Shown: one piece after another, positions 15,901 to 20,000 of the stretch
Layout of the letters: each line of letters starts with the position of its first letter
Position numbering within the stretch: position 1 is the stretch's first letter
Virus record (IMG/VR): IMGVR_UViG_2889023381_000003
Span: 54,662-74,661 of that record
Source: an uncultured virus (IMG/VR IMGVR_UViG_2889023381_000003)
Taxonomy: Duplodnaviria > Heunggongvirae > Uroviricota > Caudoviricetes
Strand: one strand, 5' to 3'
DNA length: 20,000 bases
The notes under the pieces: generated by a model
What the model was told of the DNA's origin: nothing
Seen by the model: the letters and a program-made list of their open reading frames with translations, nothing else
Databases searched by the model: none
Program-made: the position numbers and the translations under genes

Positions 15901-16487
15901 CCGAAGAGCCGCGCAAGCTGAGCCGCCACGAGACCCACGACCTCTCGATGATCATCAAGGACCGCACCAAGGTGCTGCGGGCGCATGCCGAGGAGCAGGC
16001 GGCGGCCTGCATGGCCGATTTCGAGCGGCAGATGGCGACGGTCTACACCTTCGATCAGGACGAAGTCTGGCAAAAGGCGACGCAGGAAGCGCAGCGCGTG
16101 GTGCAGGAATCGCAGGCCACCATCGCCAAGCGATGCAAGGCGCTCGGCATCCCGCCGACATTCGCGCCGTCGATCAGCGCGAGCTGGCAGGGGCGCGGCG
16201 AGAATATGCTGTCAAGCCGTCGCGCCGAGCTGCGCCGCGTGGCCAAGTCATCCATCGACGCGATGACCAAGGCGGCGATCACCAAGATTGAGAAGCAAGC
16301 GCTCGATCTGCGCACGCAGGTGATCGGCATGGGCCTGCTGTCGGCCGATGCGAAGATGTTCTTGGAGAGCCTTGCGCCCATCGAGGAATCGATGCGGCAG
16401 CTCGACTTCGGCGAGATCGAAAAGAAGCTGGAAAACGAGCAGCAGCTGCGCCTGGCGGATCGCAGACGGCTCTATGGCGGTGAGTGA
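15897..16487 (+). CDS. Hypothetical helical phage protein (196 aa)
   Basis: ATGA-coupled ORF with GC3-rich codons. Confidence 0.8.
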   Translation: MTEEPRKLSRHETHDLSMIIKDRTKVLRAHAEEQAAACMADFERQMATVYTFDQDEVWQKATQEAQRVVQESQATIAKRCKALGIPPTFAPSISASWQGRGENMLSSRRAELRRVAKSSIDAMTKAAITKIEKQALDLRTQVIGMGLLSADAKMFLESLAPIEESMRQLDFGEIEKKLENEQQLRLADRRRLYGGE

Positions 16488-16526
16488 AATCAGGGCTGGG
16501 ACATAACCAAGGAAGGGAGAACCAGA

Positions 16527-16928
16527 ATGACTGGAGATATTGCTAAACTCCACTCAACCCTGCCGACGACTGCTGCAGGTTGGGTCGCCCGCGCGAAGCA
16601 GCAGGCGCAACCAAAGCTGTACCATCAGCTCCTGCCGGTTTTCAGGAAGCTGGCGCTGGAGAACGAAAAGTTTCTTGCGCTGATCTCAGCAGGCGATGAT
16701 GAGGACTCGGTCGAAGGCCGCTGCAAGTTTGACGACTTCGAGGCATCTCGCCTGTTGCGAGATGCTGTCGCAGACCAGCCCGAGATCGCATCGCGGAACA
16801 TGGAGGAATATCTCAAGGCGTTCCGCAAGCTGCAGCGTGATCATCACTGCACTCGAAACGAATTGAGCGAAGAGCGCCGCCGCCTCCGCGACGAGCGGGA
16901 TCAGGTACGGGCCCAAGCCGCCGAGTGA
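16527..16928 (+). CDS. Hypothetical protein (133 aa)
   Basis: Purine-rich RBS; charged coiled-coil C-terminus. Confidence 0.7.
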   Translation: MTGDIAKLHSTLPTTAAGWVARAKQQAQPKLYHQLLPVFRKLALENEKFLALISAGDDEDSVEGRCKFDDFEASRLLRDAVADQPEIASRNMEEYLKAFRKLQRDHHCTRNELSEERRRLRDERDQVRAQAAE

Positions 16929-16932
16929 CAGC

Positions 16933-16963
16933 AAAAGGGGCCGGGGTGATCTATACCCCGGCC
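16933..16963. terminator. Intergenic hairpin; possible minus-strand terminator or processing site
   Basis: GGCCGGGGT-N7-ACCCCGGCC (16939-16963) preceded by AAAA, which gives a U-tail on the minus strand only. Confidence 0.55.
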
Positions 16964-16980
16964 AACCTTCCAGAGGGCAA

Positions 16981-17814
16981 ATGAGCAATTCCGAGAGAGT
17001 AGTCCCGCTGCCGATCCGCGCCAAACTGATCTGCTCTGCATGTGGTGCTCCCGGCGAAGGCAGCTGCCGATGCGGGGCACCTTACGTATCGCCGGGAGAC
17101 CGAGCAGAGGAAGCGGTCAAGGCTCACCCGGAAAAATCCGACCGCGCCATCGCCGCTGATCTCGGCGTCGGCACCATGACGGTCAGCAGAGCGCGTAAGA
17201 GAGCAACTGTACCAGATGGGACAGTTGGAAAGCGCACCGGCAAGGACGGCAAGGCGCGCAAAACGCCGACGAGTAAGCGGTATCACGCGCCGAAGCGGCA
17301 CTATGCCGAGCCGGTCGTAATCGCGCTCGCCGATCAAGACAAGACCAGCGCCGAGATCGCCAAGCAAACCGGGATCGGCAAGCGGCAGGTGCGTCATATC
17401 ATTGAGCGCGAGCAGGTGCGCCGCGAGGCGAAGGCCGAAGCGGCTGATCCCAGCGCGCTGGCAGAGCAGAAAAGGCTTGCCAGTCTCTCGCGCCAGCTGG
17501 AGGCAGACTTTGAGTGCCGCGTCACGGAGCGGTATCAGCAGCTGCTCGAAAATATCTGGCCGCGCCTGAAGGAGCGCGAGGCACTGGCTGATCGCGTCAT
17601 CGTTTCTCGCAAGGGTCTGATGGATCGCCGCACCTACGTCAAGATTCTTGCGCGGCTGCATCCCGACATGGGCGGCAATGCCGAGCTGTTCGATATGTTC
17701 AAGCGCCTCGAAACGCTGCTGCTCAATGAGCAGGAGTGCCCCACCGAGCGAGTCGGGTTGCCGCGCACGGCTGCAGAGTGGGAAGAGCGCATGCGCAGCA
17801 AGATGCAGCCGTGA
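16981..17814 (+). CDS. Multi-domain protein: Cys cluster, two HTH-like motifs and a C-terminal HPD (J-domain-like) segment
   Basis: CSACG...CRCG; SDRAIAADLGVGTMTVSRAR; TSAEIAKQTGIGKRQVRHI; YVKILARLHPDMGGNAELF. Confidence 0.8.
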   Translation: MSNSERVVPLPIRAKLICSACGAPGEGSCRCGAPYVSPGDRAEEAVKAHPEKSDRAIAADLGVGTMTVSRARKRATVPDGTVGKRTGKDGKARKTPTSKRYHAPKRHYAEPVVIALADQDKTSAEIAKQTGIGKRQVRHIIEREQVRREAKAEAADPSALAEQKRLASLSRQLEADFECRVTERYQQLLENIWPRLKEREALADRVIVSRKGLMDRRTYVKILARLHPDMGGNAELFDMFKRLETLLLNEQECPTERVGLPRTAAEWEERMRSKMQP

Positions 17815-17852
17815 CCGGCAACCATATGTGGATCACTGAAATGGAGGAAACC

Positions 17853-18140
17853 ATGAGCGAGCAGAGCACCACCGCCACGCCATTGTCGGCACTCGCTGAG
17901 CGCGCCACCGCCAGCGGTGCATGGTGGAAGGAAGAAGCACTGGAGCAGCGCAACGAGCTGGAGCTGCCGACCCGCGTGCTGCACGTGCTCGATAACGCTG
18001 GCATCACGACCATCGAGCAGCTGAAGGCGGTGGGGCCGCACCGGCTGCGCAAGCTGGATGGCATCGGCAAGCTGGGATTTGAGCAGATCATCACGCTGTT
18101 GCGAGCGCTCGACCGGCAGAGCAATGGCGGTGAGCGATGA
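17853..18140 (+). CDS. Stand-alone RNA polymerase alpha-CTD-like (HhH) protein
   Basis: ELELPTRVLHVLDNAGITTIEQL...LRKLDGIGKLGFEQIITLL parallels the alpha-CTD pattern (LEL..R..N.L....I..I.DL...L.K..N.G.K...EI...L); GGAGG RBS. Confidence 0.78.
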   Translation: MSEQSTTATPLSALAERATASGAWWKEEALEQRNELELPTRVLHVLDNAGITTIEQLKAVGPHRLRKLDGIGKLGFEQIITLLRALDRQSNGGER

Positions 18141-18787
18141 GGCGCGAGCTGAACCAGCGCATCCGGCATCTTGAGCTGCCGGATCGGATGCGGCATTTGC
18201 CGGTCAACGATCAGGGATTCCCGGTGCCGTACTTCGTGCCCTACGTCAACGGCGAGCCCGAGTTTCGCGGCTTCGATGGCGAGAAGATGGTGATCTGCGT
18301 GTGGCACAAGCGCTGCTGGCTTTGCGGCGAGCCGCTCGGCAAGTTCATGTGCTTCGTGATCGGCCCGATGTGCGCCGTCAATCGCGTCAGCGCCGAGCCG
18401 CCGAGCCATCGGGGCTGCGCGCTCTACGCGGTGCGGGCCTGTCCATTCCTGACGCAGCCGAAGATGCGCCGCAACGAGAAGGACGTGCCCGAGCATCTTG
18501 AACCTGCTGGCCTGATGCTGCGCAGGAATCCGGGCGTGACGCTGATCTGGACGACGCTGCGCTACACGATCTGCAGGGATGGCCACGGTGGCGCGCTGTT
18601 CAATGTCGGCGATCCCGAGCGCGTCGAGTTCGTCGCCGAGGGCCGCGCCGCGACCCGCGCCGAGGTGATCGCCAGCATCGATAGCGGCCTGCCGGTCCTG
18701 CGCGAGATGGCCGAGCGCGACGGGCCTGATGCCGTCGCCGAGCTGCAGACGATGTACGACAAGGCAATGGAGCTGGTGCCTGCATAA
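18137..18787 (+). CDS. Cys/His-rich hypothetical phage protein (216 aa)
   Basis: GFPVPYFV...CWLCGEPL...EPPSHRGCALYAVRACPFL; ATGA-coupled. Confidence 0.8.
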   Translation: MRRELNQRIRHLELPDRMRHLPVNDQGFPVPYFVPYVNGEPEFRGFDGEKMVICVWHKRCWLCGEPLGKFMCFVIGPMCAVNRVSAEPPSHRGCALYAVRACPFLTQPKMRRNEKDVPEHLEPAGLMLRRNPGVTLIWTTLRYTICRDGHGGALFNVGDPERVEFVAEGRAATRAEVIASIDSGLPVLREMAERDGPDAVAELQTMYDKAMELVPA

Positions 18788-18874
18788 GCTGATGAGTCTT
18801 TTGCAGTGAAGGAGGAAAGCAGTCGCCTGGGGCACGTAGAGAGCGCAGAGGGAAAGGAGCGCGAGGTGCTGGAA

Positions 18875-19120
18875 ATGGACGACGTAAAGAAGGGAGCGCG
18901 GCGGATGCTCACGATGGATCAGGTGCTGGAGCTGGTGCCGGTCGGCAAGTCAACGCTGAAGCGCATGGTCAAGAACGAGGAGTTTCCAAGTGCGCATTAC
19001 ATCAGCCCGAAAAAACTGGTCTGGTATGAAGATGAGATCGAGCTATGGCAGGGAAGCCTGCCAGCCGAGAGCCGCCGCAAGCGGGCCGAGCGGAGGGCCA
19101 AAGCTGGCCAGGGGGGCTAA
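18875..19120 (+). CDS. AlpA-family excisionase / regulator
   Basis: MLTMDQVLELVPVGKSTLKRMVKNEEFPSAHYISPKKLVWYEDEIELW; last gene of the early operon. Start could be 18806. Confidence 0.88.
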   Translation: MDDVKKGARRMLTMDQVLELVPVGKSTLKRMVKNEEFPSAHYISPKKLVWYEDEIELWQGSLPAESRRKRAERRAKAGQGG

Positions 19121-20000
19121 CTAGTACCCACTTTTCTTGGAACGTGAGTCGCGATTCAAGATATGGATGATCCCCGAAGCAAGAGAAGTCCACCTTTCGC
19201 GGAGAGACCGCAAGGTTCTTGAGGCGTGCTGTCGCTCGCCGGTGACGCTGCAGCGCGATTTGAAGCGGGCGCGGATAGTTCTGTTGGCGGCGGACGGGCG
19301 CAGCACCCGCTCGATCGCCAAAGAAGTCGGAGTCCAGCCGCGGATTGTCAGCCTTTGGCGACACCGCTATGCCGATCATGGCCTTGAAGGACTGCACGAC
19401 AAGCCGCGGCCCGGCAAGCAGCCGATCTATACGAAGGCCACCGACAAGCGGATTCTGAAGCTGCTGCATAAGCCGCCACCGCAGGGGTTTGCGCGCTGGA
19501 CTGGCCCGCTGCTGGCCGAGGCGCTGGGCGATGTTGATGTCCAATATGTCTGGCGGTTCCTGCGTAGCCACAAGATTGACCTTGCGGCTCGCAAGTCCTG
19601 GTGCAAGAGCAACGACCCGAACTTTACGGCCAAAGCCGCCGATGTTGTTGGCCTCTACGTCGCCCCGCCCGCGAAGGCCATTGTGCTATGCGTGGACGAG
19701 AAGCCCTCGATCCAAGCTTTAGAGCGAGCGCAGGGTTATCTGAAGTTGCCCAATGGCCGCGCCTTGACCGGCCAGAGCCACGATTACAAGCGGCATGGCA
19801 CTACGACATTGTTTGCGGCGCTCGAAGTCGCCACCGGAAAGATCATCGCGGCTCATTCAAAACGCAGCTTCAGGAACACATCGATGCCTACGTCAACGCG
19901 GACAACGACAAAGCCGAGCCCTTCGTCTGGACCAAGAAAAAGGTTCGTCAACGCCCCTTCAAAGGCCGCCGTATCACTCAGCTCTGATTCCGGCTACTAG
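19121..20000 (+). mobile_element. IS630-family element (ISRj1/RS-alpha-like), internally deleted
   Basis: CTAG at both ends (19121-19124 and 19997-20000); short terminal inverted repeats GTACCC and GGCTAC (one mismatch); encloses an IS630 transposase. Confidence 0.9.
19167..19987 (+). pseudogene. IS630 transposase with a deletion/frameshift near 19865
   Basis: MIPEAREV...RARIVLL...VLCVDEKPSIQALER...YKRHGTTTLFAAL...HSKR joins out of frame to QLQEHIDAYVNADNDKAEPFVWTK. The second Asp and the Glu of the DDE triad are missing. Confidence 0.88.

Noticed and set aside
18789..18818. Hammerhead-like CTGATGAG...GAAA
   Set aside because: The G10.1:C11.1 pair is absent and stems I and III cannot be formed around an NUH site.
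17723..18835. 370-aa minus-strand ORF as a possible integrase
   Set aside because: No tyrosine- or serine-recombinase motifs; it shadows plus-strand genes.

Overview
This window is part of a GC-rich temperate prophage, probably in an alphaproteobacterium; a Bradyrhizobium-type host is inferred from the ISRj1/RS-alpha-like IS. The minus-strand arm (12569 to 1) reads: Cro-like regulator, VRR-NUC nuclease, N6-adenine MTase, hypotheticals, a broken TSCPD-like gene, a dual-frame C5-cytosine MTase with an amber stop, Toprim primase, AAA helicase, an iteron/palindrome origin candidate, a DUF6362-like gene, then a terminator, a holin-like gene, ParB-like and Mom-like DNA-modification genes, and small and large terminase (running off the window). 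A plus-strand AraC regulator interrupts this arm. The plus-strand arm (12949 to 19120) carries a YqaJ exonuclease with an ochre stop, an ERF annealase, small accessory genes (RHH, HTH/HPD-motif protein, stand-alone RNAP alpha-CTD-like protein) and an AlpA-type excisionase. An internally deleted IS630 follows. Most notable: the switch region has no CI repressor gene but has a roughly 130-nt multi-stem RNA leader over the first early gene's start, plus a second GAA-loop RNA hairpin. All family assignments come from motif recognition by eye; no searches were run.
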